Origin: Barthelona sp. PAP020
Taxonomy: Eukaryota
Direction: 5' to 3'
Assembly: GCA_040182905.1 (NCBI GenBank)
Contig: JARQWU010000012.1
Span: 1 to 41,516 of the forward strand
DNA: 41,516 nt
The translations under genes and the position numbers were made by a program. The first letter of the stretch is position 1, and every line of letters begins with the position of its first letter. Shown in pieces: positions 10,217-20,134 of the stretch. The notes under the pieces are model-generated. The model did not search any database. It was not told the DNA's origin and saw only the letters and a list, made by a program, of their open reading frames with translations.

Positions 10217-11333
10217 ATGGATGAACAAAAAGAAATTCCTAATTCAGTTAATCAGGAAGATTTGTTGGAAAAAAATGACGATTACAAAGATTTTATCAAA
10301 GTTCTGTTGAGCTTCAAGAAATACACCCAACATTCAAGAAAAACATTTTTAAATACAATGCAATATGACTATAATAACTTATCTATTGAACACAAACGAT
10401 TATATTCTACATTCAAAGATAAAGTTGTTGCCCTGTTTGATTGTGTTATTGCCAATCAAAAATTTCTTAATATTTTGTGTAATAATGATATGATTTTTGC
10501 AAATCAGGATGTGTCTTTGGAAAATCAAGTAACAACCCAATATTTGTCTTCTTTGTTGTTGGATGGAGAATTATTCTCAAAATTATTCTCCACATTAAAA
10601 TTAATATATCGAGATTGGTCTAAAGAAGAAGAAATTGAACGACAAGAATCATATGAGGTCTTAATCGACACAGTTGTTCAACTCTTTCCGTGCAACGCTA
10701 GAATTTGTATTCCTGGAAGCGGTTTGGGTCGACTAATATTTGAATTTGCGGAAAGAGGTTATGATGTTGTTGGAATTGAACATTCCTTTCAGATGTTGGT
10801 TACTTCTTCGTATCTTTTGAATACGTTTCTTGATATTGATCAATATACAATATATCCATGGATTCATGATCATTTTAATGTAATTAGCTGTGAAAATATG
10901 GTAAAAAGTGCATTTTCCTGATGTTGACATTTCAGTGATGAAAGATGCTGAAGAAGGGTCAATGCAAGTTGAAGCTTGTGATTTTATGTTGTACTATCCA
11001 GATGAATTGTTTGATTGTTTTGTAACCTGTTTCTTTATTGATACAGCTCAGAACATTATTGATTATCTGGAAAAAATTTATGATCTACTGAATGAAAATG
11101 GTGTGTGGATCAACTTGGGACCACTACAATGGCATTGGAGTGATGTTCCAGGATTCATGTCCATCGAATTGACTTGGGAAGAAATAAAGATGATTTTACC
11201 CAAAGTTGGTTTCGAATTAGTCGTTGAAGATTTTATGGAATGCAGATATTGTCAAAACCCCCACTCATTAGTTCAAAGAAGATTCGACTGTGTTTATTTC
11301 ATTTGTAAGAAAGTAAAAGTTGTTGAGAAGTGA
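10217..11333 (+). CDS. CARNMT1: Carnosine N-methyltransferase (N2227-like), split by one frameshift near 10903-10921
   Basis: 5' part has RDWS, IPGSGLGRL, G.E.S..ML and IYPWIH. 3' part has FPDV, VTCFFIDTA.NI, G.WINLGPL.WH and SIELTWEEI. Confidence 0.88.
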
Positions 11334-11598
11334 AAATAAGTTATTATTTCGTTATTTTTATAAATAATTTAGTCTCTTTTTTGTGAAAAATATTTGATTT
11401 GTAGTTTTGAAAAAATTCTAAATTTCTTAAAATTATATAATATTAGATGTATATCATTATATAGAGATGGTTTGGAGCCATTTTTAACTTTTAAATTGAG
11501 AAAGAGCGACAGAAAAATTTCAGAAAATTTGTTTTGAAAAAAAAAATTCAAATTTCTTAATACATTTTTTTGTGTTTGTATATCCCTAATCATTTAAA

Positions 11599-12939
11599 AT
11601 GAGAGAAATTGTTCATATTCAAGCTGGTCAATGTGGTAACCAAATTGGTGCCAAGTTCTGGGAAGTTATTTCCGATGAACATGGAGTCAATGCCTCTGGT
11701 GCCTATCAAGGTCAATCTGACCTTCAAATGGAACGTATTAACGTTTACTTCAACGAAGCAACTGGTGGTAAGTTCGTTCCTCGTGCCGTTCTTGTCGATC
11801 TTGAACCTGGTACCATGGATGCCGTTCGTGCTTCTCCTTATGGTCAATTGTTCCATCCCCACAACTTCATTTTCGGTCAATCTGGTGCCGGTAACGTTTG
11901 GGCCAAGGGTCACTATACTGAAGGTGCTGAAATGATCGATCGTGTTCTTGATACCGTTCGTACTGAAGCTGAAGGTTGTGATTGCCTCCAAGGTTTCCAA
12001 CTTTGCCACTCTTTGGGTGGTGGTACTGGTTCTGGTCTTGGTACTCTTCTTATCTCCAAGATTCGTGAAGAATTCCCTGATCGTATGATGTGTACTTTCT
12101 CTGTCGTTCCTTCTCCTAAGGTTTCTGATACCGTCGTTGAACCCTATAACGCCACTCTTTCTGTCCATCAACTCGTTGAAAACTCTGACGAAACTATGTG
12201 TCTTGATAACGAAGCTCTTTATGACATCTGCTTCCGTACTCTTCAACTCACCACCCCTACCTATGGTGATCTCAACCAATTGGTTTCTTTGGTTATGTCT
12301 GGTATTACTTGCTGCTTACGTTTCCCTGGTCAATTGAACTCTGATCTTCGTAAGTTAAACGTTAACCTTACTCCCTTCCCTCGTCTCCATTTCTTCATGG
12401 TTGGTTTCGCCCCTCTTACTTCTCGTGGTTCTGCTGGTTACAAGAGAATTTCTGTTCCTGAACTTACTTCTCAAATGTTCAACCCTAACAACATGATGGC
12501 CGCTTCTGATCCTCGTCATGGACGTTTCTTAACTGCTTCTGCTCTCTTCCGTGGTCGTATCTCCATGAAGGAAGTTGATGAACAAATGCTCAACATTCAA
12601 AACAAGAATCTTTCTTATTTCATTGAATGGATTCCCAACAACATCAAGTCTTCCGTTTGTGATATTCCTCCTAAGGGTCTTAAGATGTCTGTTACTTTCA
12701 TTGGTAACTCTACCGCCATCCAAGAACTTTTCAAGCGTGTCAACGAACAATTCACCGCTATGTTCCGTCGTAAGGCTTTCTTACATTGGTACACTACTGA
12801 AGGTATGGACGATATGGAATTCACTGAAGCTGAATCTAACATGAACGATCTCGTTGCTGAATACCAACAATATGGTGAAGCCTCCATTGATGATGAAGGT
12901 GACATGGAAGAAAATGAAGACTACGATGCTGATTACTAA
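11599..12939 (+). CDS. TUBB: Beta-tubulin
   Basis: MREI start, GGGTGSG signature, full 446 aa with an acidic tail. Confidence 0.99.
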   Translation: MREIVHIQAGQCGNQIGAKFWEVISDEHGVNASGAYQGQSDLQMERINVYFNEATGGKFVPRAVLVDLEPGTMDAVRASPYGQLFHPHNFIFGQSGAGNVWAKGHYTEGAEMIDRVLDTVRTEAEGCDCLQGFQLCHSLGGGTGSGLGTLLISKIREEFPDRMMCTFSVVPSPKVSDTVVEPYNATLSVHQLVENSDETMCLDNEALYDICFRTLQLTTPTYGDLNQLVSLVMSGITCCLRFPGQLNSDLRKLNVNLTPFPRLHFFMVGFAPLTSRGSAGYKRISVPELTSQMFNPNNMMAASDPRHGRFLTASALFRGRISMKEVDEQMLNIQNKNLSYFIEWIPNNIKSSVCDIPPKGLKMSVTFIGNSTAIQELFKRVNEQFTAMFRRKAFLHWYTTEGMDDMEFTEAESNMNDLVAEYQQYGEASIDDEGDMEENEDYDADY

Positions 12940-13112
12940 ATTTAATTGTGTAGTTAAAATTTGTTTGTAAAAACTTTATTTTTATTAATTTATTTTTTGA
13001 AATTTTGCATTTTGTGTTAAGTAAATTTTTACGCAATAACAAAAAAAAATGTAAAATAATAAAAAAAAGAACTTTATGAACATTTACTTCAATTGACTTG
13101 ATTGACTATTTT

Positions 13113-13979
13113 TCAGATTGCCATGGGTGTAGGATGATTTAAATCATGTTGTTTTTTAATTAGAATGAATTTATCTACTTCGTGAATACAAAAACCACAA
13201 ACAAACACAGCAATTCCTGTTTTGTAGGGAAGCGAATGGAAAGTAACATATGAAAAAATGGTTGCCAGAACGCTTGTAATCAGCAATATCCAAAGCAAAG
13301 TCTTTGAATGAGGTTCTGTGTAGGATTCTTCATTTCTGGTAAAAATGAAAAGACGAAGAGCAACAGCACCAAAAACAATCGCAAATATGGCAGAAATCAC
13401 TATTTCCAAAAAAAAAACTTTTTCATGGAACAAAAATCCATAAAAAAGATAAAAAATGAGACCAGAAATCATTTGCCACATTCCCAACACACCAGTCAAG
13501 ACAGCAGTCGCATCAAAATAGTTTTTCATCCTCTTTTTGGAAGATTCAAAGGGCGTAATTTGTGGAGGTCTTTGATATTGATTCGTATTTCCATTTGGGC
13601 CCAATGTGTTCAAAGGTTGATGAGGTTGTTGCTGAAAGTTTTGATATCCCATTTGAGGCTGAGGTTGATAAAATTGTTGTTGTGATTGTTGTTGTGGTTG
13701 TTGATGTGGTTGTTGTTGTGGTTGACGTTGTGGTTGACGTTGTGGTTGATATTGTGGTTGATATTGTGCTTGATATTGAGGTTGAACATTAGGCTGATGA
13801 TTTTGTGATTGATAATCAACACGTTGAGGAACATTTGGTTCATTGCTTGGTATTTGATATTGATATTGAGGTAATTGTGATTGATGAGAATAATTCTCAT
13901 TTTGACCATTCACGTTTGTTCCATCAAAAAAAACATTTCCATCGTTATTAGAATACAAATAGTTATTGTTACTATCCAT
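13113..13979 (-). CDS. Membrane protein with a Q/P/N-rich N-terminus and about 4 TM helices
   Basis: Intact 288-aa ORF; four hydrophobic segments in the C-terminal half. Confidence 0.8.
   Translation of the reverse strand: MDSNNNYLYSNNDGNVFFDGTNVNGQNENYSHQSQLPQYQYQIPSNEPNVPQRVDYQSQNHQPNVQPQYQAQYQPQYQPQRQPQRQPQQQPHQQPQQQSQQQFYQPQPQMGYQNFQQQPHQPLNTLGPNGNTNQYQRPPQITPFESSKKRMKNYFDATAVLTGVLGMWQMISGLIFYLFYGFLFHEKVFFLEIVISAIFAIVFGAVALRLFIFTRNEESYTEPHSKTLLWILLITSVLATIFSYVTFHSLPYKTGIAVFVCGFCIHEVDKFILIKKQHDLNHPTPMAI
13681..13788. repeat. Coding 12-bp tandem repeat, about 9 units (TGTGGTTGAYRT), encoding QPQY/QPQR
   Basis: Units are read directly at 12-bp period from 13681. Confidence 0.85.
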
Positions 13980-14110
13980 TATTTGAATTGAAAAAAAAAG
14001 ATAACAGGAAAAAAAAATTGATGGTCTGGGAAAAAATTATTTATTTAATTTCAATCGTCCAAATCCAAACAAAAAAAAATCAGTTTATCTTTAAAAAAAC
14101 ACACATTTGA

Positions 14111-14848
14111 TTATTCAGTCTTTTCTTTATCTTCCATTTTCTTTTCTTTGAAAATCAAAATTTCAACAGTCAAAATGGTATTCAATAAAGCACTTGCAGC
14201 AAAACCAGAAAGCACAATAAGATCTTTGGTGGATTGCATGATGGTGAAAATACGTGCAAAAGCTCCCAAGGCAGTCAACATGTAAACTAACGCTGAATTG
14301 GCTCCAGCATTGCGAGATTTCAAAATGCCAATGATTGGAGGTAATCTTGAAAAAATAACAAAAGGAATAGCTTGGCACATGGTTAAAACATTCATACCTA
14401 CAACATTGAATAACAAGAAAGAACATACAAGTACAACATTGATAGCAATAACATAAGATAATCCTTTTTTAAAATGATTTTTATAAAATAACATTAAAAA
14501 CACAATCAAAAGAGTTTGAATCAACAAAGGAACACATTCTCCATAAACACCAAAAGGATAACCATTATGATAATGATAGGCAATAGTAATACAATATTGA
14601 ATAATTTCAACAATAAACTGAATGTAAGATAAATTATCAGCTGAACGCTTCTTAATCATTGTAATAATTTGAGGTAATTTTAAAATTGAAGAAAAAACAA
14701 CAATTCCAAGTGATAAACCATGAGAAATTACAAATTTCAAACATGATTGGTCAAAAAATTGAAAATTCTTATAGTAAGTATCCCAACAAAATTTTGGTAT
14801 CAAACCAAACAAATAGGTAGGTTCAAGGTTCAAATCAACAGCAGACAT
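14111..14848 (-). CDS. MPDU1: PQ-loop protein, mannose-P-dolichol utilization defect 1 (Lec35)
   Basis: ISHGLSLGIV..SSILKLPQI, GYPFGVYGE, SRLPPI and G..ARIFT motifs. Confidence 0.9.
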   Translation of the reverse strand: MSAVDLNLEPTYLFGLIPKFCWDTYYKNFQFFDQSCLKFVISHGLSLGIVVFSSILKLPQIITMIKKRSADNLSYIQFIVEIIQYCITIAYHYHNGYPFGVYGECVPLLIQTLLIVFLMLFYKNHFKKGLSYVIAINVVLVCSFLLFNVVGMNVLTMCQAIPFVIFSRLPPIIGILKSRNAGANSALVYMLTALGAFARIFTIMQSTKDLIVLSGFAASALLNTILTVEILIFKEKKMEDKEKTE

Positions 14849-15479
14849 ATCCACAAATTTAAAAAAAAAATTGTTAACCCTTTGTTGCTTTTCAATAGTT
14901 TTTCTTTTTCAAACAAGTTTATCTTTTTTAAAAGGTTATTCTTGCAAAAAACATTTTGTTTTGATATATTTATAAGTTGAGTTAAATATAATCGGTAGAG
15001 AGATCAATAACAATTGATATTTTCACTTTTATAAAAAATGTTATTTATTTAACACAAAAAGATTATGAAGAGTAAAAAAATTCCATTGAATTATGATATT
15101 TTTCTGTTCTCCTTTGCTAATTTTTTGATATTTGAATGAGTAACTTTGTTGAAAATTTTGAGGCCCATACAAATGCAAAATGTCTGCCTTGTTGCTTTAT
15201 ATCTGTCAGAAAGATATATATTGAAATGTTGAAATGCTACAAAGAAAATGAGAGCCTCAGAAATAAAGCTTCGAAGTTTTATGATCAATTAATGCTAAAG
15301 AAATGCTTTGGAGATCCTCCGAATGTGTTTTGATATTGGGGAAAAAAATATAGTACACATGAGAGTTGAACTCATATTTTTGTGACAAAAGAGATGTCTT
15401 GACAACCACACTAAAAATTAAGAATTTTTCCAAAAAAATAAATGCAAAAAACAAACATTTGCAAGCATTGAAAGAGAAA

Positions 15480-15915
15480 TCACTCAAAATTCATTTTAAA
15501 AGAATTTGACAAAAGCTTCTCGAAAAAGGGAATTGAGAAACTAAATTTCTATTGTAGGATCAAGTAAGATAATTGAGAAAATATTTCGCTTCCTCTTCTT
15601 TTGTATTTGAAAAAAGAATAATGTGGAAGTTCATGCTCAATGAACTGAATTTATTGGAGATATTAAGAGGTCATCAAAGATCACTTCCTTTATTTGTTCT
15701 TTCTTGACCACCTTTAGGTCCAATTTGTTTTAAGTTATTGGGCATTTGAATCCACGTGAGTTTTCCCAAACCTTAAGCTAACTCGTTTCGTTGTTCACTG
15801 AACAACTTATACCTCATAAATATCTAATAAATCTAAATTTTATGTTTCCTTTTTTGAAAAGGCTGAAAGTTTCAATTTAACTTGAGTCCAAAAAGCTTTT
15901 GACTAAATAAGAATA
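15480..15915. repeat. Older diverged repeat (segments A and C), interrupted here by the 215-nt element
   Basis: AGGGAATTGAG (15527), GATCAAGTAAGA (15558) and AAAAGCTTTTGACTAAATAA (15891) match the reverse complement of 40741-40751, 40708-40719 and 40575-40594. Confidence 0.6.
15619..15833 (-). repeat. ~215-nt dispersed repeat (element B), copy 1
   Basis: Reverse complement of 40867-41081 with about 15 differences by eye. Strand is given relative to copy 2. Confidence 0.95.
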
Positions 15916-15995
15916 TTTCTATTTTCTTTTGTTCAAACATATAGACATACATATAGTGTTTATTGGGCTGAAAAAAAAAATAATTCAAATTCTTT

Positions 15996-17795
15996 TTATT
16001 CAAAACTAAAAGAGGTGCACTGTACAATTGGGCTGCTCATATAGGAATCAAGGTCATCATAACTATCATCTAAAATTTTATCAACGATGTTCAATACATC
16101 AGAATTATCTGAAAGGGCATGAAATGAACCTGCACTCTTCTTTTTCATTGAAAATTCAGAAAAAGGATCTTCTTCAATTAGTTTTTCTTCGTCATGATTT
16201 TCAACTTTTCCTCCATTCTTTCCTTCTTCATTTTTCACTTCATTCTTTTGTTCATCATCTTCTTTCAATAATCCGTTTTTGTAACCATCATTGAAAGCTT
16301 TTTTTGTCATTGAAATGGTAGTATTATTGTACAATCGAGTAAATACATCTGAATCTTTGTTCCATGTCTTTGAAAGAGGCGATTCATCAACACTTGACAT
16401 TTGACTAAAACCAATCTTGTCAACAATTGTCGAATATAAATGAACAGAATTTGAAGGGGAATTGATTTGTTTTTGTGAATCAAATTGAGAGTATGAGAAT
16501 GAATTATCGATATGTTCATTAAATGAAGATGAATAAGTCCTATCATTTATTTCATTCTCTACAAGATCTTCACTTGAAAAATTGTCTTTATTTTCAAGTG
16601 AGGAAGAAGAAGAAGCTGAATTATTCTTTTGAATAATATTTTTTTCCTTCATTTTCTTCATAATAGAATCAGAAACATCTCTAACAAATCCAAAATCCCT
16701 GAAAGATGATGATTCATTTCCATTCTGTCTGGTGAGCAATAATGTTGGTGCTGACAATGGAGTGGATATTTCAAAAGCTTTTTTTTTTGGTCTATCAGTA
16801 CTCTTTGAAGATATTATCTCAATTGGTAACACTTCATTCTTCTTTAAATCAAAATGACTGGTCATTTTTGGATAATAACTAAAGTTCTGTTTCCCACCAG
16901 TATTTGTTTGTTTATTCTTCTTTGTCTTTACATTCATTTTTTCAATTTTCTTTTCATCATCAGACATTTCTGTTCTATTCTTGTCCTTATTCCTTTTCAT
17001 ATCTTTTGTAGAAAGATCATTAAAACCTTTTTCCAACTCAGATATTTGTTTCGTTAATCTATCAATGGTTTCAGCAAAATCAATTGTCTCAATGTCAATG
17101 CCAGTATCCAATACAATCTCATCACTCGAGATCAAGTCCATCTTTTCTTCTTTCTTTACAACAGTTTCAGAAAAATCATTACTTATATCTTTTTCTTTGC
17201 TAAAAGATTTATTTGCTGAACTAATTTCATTCACTTCTTTTGATAAAGTGTTAAAATCATTCAATAACTCTTTTATATCAATTTCAGAGTTCATTAGGTT
17301 TGTTATATTCTTTTTCCAATCAATTTCAACATCATTTGAATTATTTTTGTTGATATAGGTCGTTACAGAATCATTATTGGATATATTTTTTGTTTTATTA
17401 TTGTTTTTCTTTTCGTTTTGAGGTGAATTAAAACTAAATTGATCATGTGCATTAACTCGATTTGCAGTATATTCATTTGAATTTTTTTTGCCTTTTACAT
17501 GTGCTTTTTTTTCCTTTTTATTGTCAATCAATTCATTAAATCTTAAAGATTTATCAAGATATTTCGGTTCATTTTTGTAAATTTTACTATTTTCAACATA
17601 ATCATTCATTTGATCTTTCATATCTTTTATACTTTTAAAAACTTGTTGACAAGCTTCCTTATTGACCAGAATAGTAGCAATTTCTGTCGCAATTTCTTCT
17701 TCAGATAATTCATGTTTTTTTCTTATAATCTTCTCATATATTGTTGCACTTAAAATAAATACAATTCCAATTGATAAAATGTACAACAACAACAT
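15996..17795 (-). CDS. N-terminally anchored, low-complexity coiled-coil protein
   Basis: 599-aa ORF with a hydrophobic N-terminal helix and S/N/K/E-rich remainder. Confidence 0.8.
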   Translation of the reverse strand: MLLLYILSIGIVFILSATIYEKIIRKKHELSEEEIATEIATILVNKEACQQVFKSIKDMKDQMNDYVENSKIYKNEPKYLDKSLRFNELIDNKKEKKAHVKGKKNSNEYTANRVNAHDQFSFNSPQNEKKNNNKTKNISNNDSVTTYINKNNSNDVEIDWKKNITNLMNSEIDIKELLNDFNTLSKEVNEISSANKSFSKEKDISNDFSETVVKKEEKMDLISSDEIVLDTGIDIETIDFAETIDRLTKQISELEKGFNDLSTKDMKRNKDKNRTEMSDDEKKIEKMNVKTKKNKQTNTGGKQNFSYYPKMTSHFDLKKNEVLPIEIISSKSTDRPKKKAFEISTPLSAPTLLLTRQNGNESSSFRDFGFVRDVSDSIMKKMKEKNIIQKNNSASSSSSLENKDNFSSEDLVENEINDRTYSSSFNEHIDNSFSYSQFDSQKQINSPSNSVHLYSTIVDKIGFSQMSSVDESPLSKTWNKDSDVFTRLYNNTTISMTKKAFNDGYKNGLLKEDDEQKNEVKNEEGKNGGKVENHDEEKLIEEDPFSEFSMKKKSAGSFHALSDNSDVLNIVDKILDDSYDDLDSYMSSPIVQCTSFSFE

Positions 17796-18089
17796 TTAAA
17801 GTAAATAAACTTCACAACAAGTTTTTAACAAATAAACCAAAAACAGATTTTTATTTATGTAATAAATTAATTTCATTTTCATAACCAATTTACTGTTTTA
17901 AAAAAAAAAAAACAAAAGCAATTGGTTGTTTGAAAAGACAAGAAAAATTGGAAAAAAAAACAATGGGTCTTTATTTTTTCATACAGGATGCTATTTTATA
18001 ACAATAATGAATGAATTCTTTTGATAAATAATAAATTTGATAAATTGAAACAATTTACCAACTATTTATTTTTAGAGTTTTTTTTTTAT

Positions 18090-18658
18090 ATGGGTCCTTG
18101 TTTAGCGAAGGAAACACCTTCTCCTCAAATAGTTGTAGCAGGACTTAATTATGCTGGGAAAACAACATTAGTGAAACAATTACTTGGGAAAGCTGATATC
18201 AATGTTCAACCAGTTTCAACAATTGGTGTAGAAACATTTGATGGAACTATCTCCGATTCAAAAGTCCGATTATTTGATATGTCAGGTCAACCCAGTATGG
18301 ATAATTTCAATTTGATTTGTTCTAACGTTTAGATTTTAGACAATGTTGGGGTCAATATTTTAATATGGCAGATTTTATAATTTTTGTTATTGATTCTTCT
18401 GATTATGAAGCTATTATTCAAGGTATTCAATGTTTTGGCAAACAAATATGGAGTAATCCTACTTTAAAAAATACACCTCTTGTAATAGTTGCCAATAAAA
18501 ATGATAAATTAAATGCCATGGAGGCTGATCAAATTTCATCATATTTGATGCATGATGAAATTGATAAAAATTATTGTATACTTTCTACTAGTGCGCTTAA
18601 TGGTGATGGAGTATCTAGACTCTCTCAATTCATCTCACAAACCCTCAATAAAAGATAG
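18090..18658 (+). CDS. ARF-like small GTPase, ARL6/BBS3-like, exons 18090-18294 and 18333-18658
   Basis: MG start, GLNYAGKT, STIG, FDMSGQ (ARL6-type), spliced PNFRQCWGQYF, FVIDSSD, NKND, SALNG.G. Confidence 0.88.
18295..18332 (+). other. 38-nt spliceosomal intron in the ARL gene
   Basis: GTATGG...TTCTAACGTTTAG; removal joins the two ORF-track halves in frame. Confidence 0.92.
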
Positions 18659-18707
18659 GGTGTTATAAATAAGTTATTAGTTTTGTTTTTTTGTGCTTAT
18701 TTTTTTA

Positions 18708-19106
18708 ATGAGTTCGATTTATGATTATGTATTGGGTTGTATGAAAAAACAGGACAAGGATTTAGGAAATCTTAGTGATATTTCTGTTGAACTATTATTG
18801 TTAATTTTTGATTCTTCATCTATCATTTCAGCGATTGAATTATTGCAAAAGAAATGTTTTACTTGTTATGTTGGAAAGAATTCTGGAAGAAAAGTATTCT
18901 TTTGTTCTTCTTCCAATAATTATTATATTGTATCTGATCTTTATTGTTCATGTGACTCTTTTTATTATCAAACATGTTTAAGATTTTCCAATTATTATTG
19001 TAAACATCAAATATCTTTATTTATAGGTGAAATGTTAAACATTATTCCTGTTCAATACATTGATGACTATCAATTGTCAGACATGATGATGCATAATTCT
19101 GTTTAG
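18708..19106 (+). CDS. ZSWIM7: SWIM zinc-finger protein, ZSWIM7/Sws1-like (Shu complex)
   Basis: Small protein with SGRKVF and YCSC.SF-x-CKH. Confidence 0.8.
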   Translation: MSSIYDYVLGCMKKQDKDLGNLSDISVELLLLIFDSSSIISAIELLQKKCFTCYVGKNSGRKVFFCSSSNNYYIVSDLYCSCDSFYYQTCLRFSNYYCKHQISLFIGEMLNIIPVQYIDDYQLSDMMMHNSV

Positions 19107-19184
19107 TTTTCTTTATGTTCATGTAAAATTAGTTATTATTTGTTTATTTATTGCGTTTCATTAGTTGTTTTACACAATATTTTC

Positions 19185-19970
19185 ATGACAAATGGAACAA
19201 TTGATAAGAAAGTTGAGGTTTTTTTGAGTAGATTTCTTTTATATTATGAAAATGAGAATGTCTTTGTATCTTTTGAAAAATTTGTGAAACAGTTTCAAGA
19301 ATATTGTATTCATAATTACATAAAACTGTATAGTAAGCAGCAAACATTTTGGAATTGCTTATTAATGCTTAGAAAATGGAAAAAGAGTAATATTGTAATT
19401 AATTCACCTTCATATTTATTACAAGGACCTGATATTTCAAGAGGTCCTGAATATTCATGTTTATTGCAAACAATATATCAAAAACTTTTGGCCAATGTCT
19501 ATTCTTCGTTTATTCAACATTTGAAATTTGAAGAATCATTTTCTTTTGAAGAAGAAATTAATAAACACAAGGTAATTTTATCTCTGTTGGCCATTTGTTA
19601 TTTCTATTTTCCATATTATCAAAGAATTCCAATTCATATTTGTTATCCTTTGATTCGACATTGGAAAAGTTTGCAAGATGAACAATTAAATGATTTATTA
19701 GCACTATTGTATGCAAATCATGGTATTGTTCCCACGATTTGGTCTGAATATGCATTAAAAGTTGAGACTATTGAGACTAAATTGCCTGATACTTTTCTTG
19801 GTTTGGTGAAGTTGAATGAAATAGATTTACCAATCTATGTATTGTATAAAACAAAACTGTTGCTGGAAAAACTTGATTCTCTGTCCACTCCCATTGAACA
19901 TCAGGGGTTAAAACAAAGTTTTCAAGAAATTCAAGAACAGTTTGAGGAGTTATTGAATTCGGAAGTATAA
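19185..19970 (+). CDS. Hypothetical helical protein
   Basis: Intact ORF; first ATG at 19185; no recognised motif. Confidence 0.7.
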   Translation: MTNGTIDKKVEVFLSRFLLYYENENVFVSFEKFVKQFQEYCIHNYIKLYSKQQTFWNCLLMLRKWKKSNIVINSPSYLLQGPDISRGPEYSCLLQTIYQKLLANVYSSFIQHLKFEESFSFEEEINKHKVILSLLAICYFYFPYYQRIPIHICYPLIRHWKSLQDEQLNDLLALLYANHGIVPTIWSEYALKVETIETKLPDTFLGLVKLNEIDLPIYVLYKTKLLLEKLDSLSTPIEHQGLKQSFQEIQEQFEELLNSEV

Positions 19971-20134
19971 AATTTTTGAATGTTTTTTCTTTTCAGTTAT
20001 TTTTTATATTTATTTTATTCTTTGAAAAATATTGTTTAACAAGAGGTCATTTGCAACAATAAGTTGGAGGAAATCAATTTTGACATTTTTCTTTTTTTTT
20101 TTTTCAAGTTGCATTTTTTTTTAATTGTCTGAAT

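Noticed and set aside
10880..10908. Micro-intron explanations for the CARNMT1 break (GTAATTAG, GTAAAAAG, or the 29-nt span)
   Set aside because: None restores the FPDV frame, and none has a branch point.
11590..12905. Long antisense and alternate-frame ORFs over beta-tubulin (also over RPL4 and RPL34)
   Set aside because: Expected by-product of strong codon bias in highly expressed genes; no motifs.
13308..13909. Val/Asp-rich and Asn/His-rich ORFs
   Set aside because: Alternate readings of the 12-bp repeat in the 13113-13979 gene.
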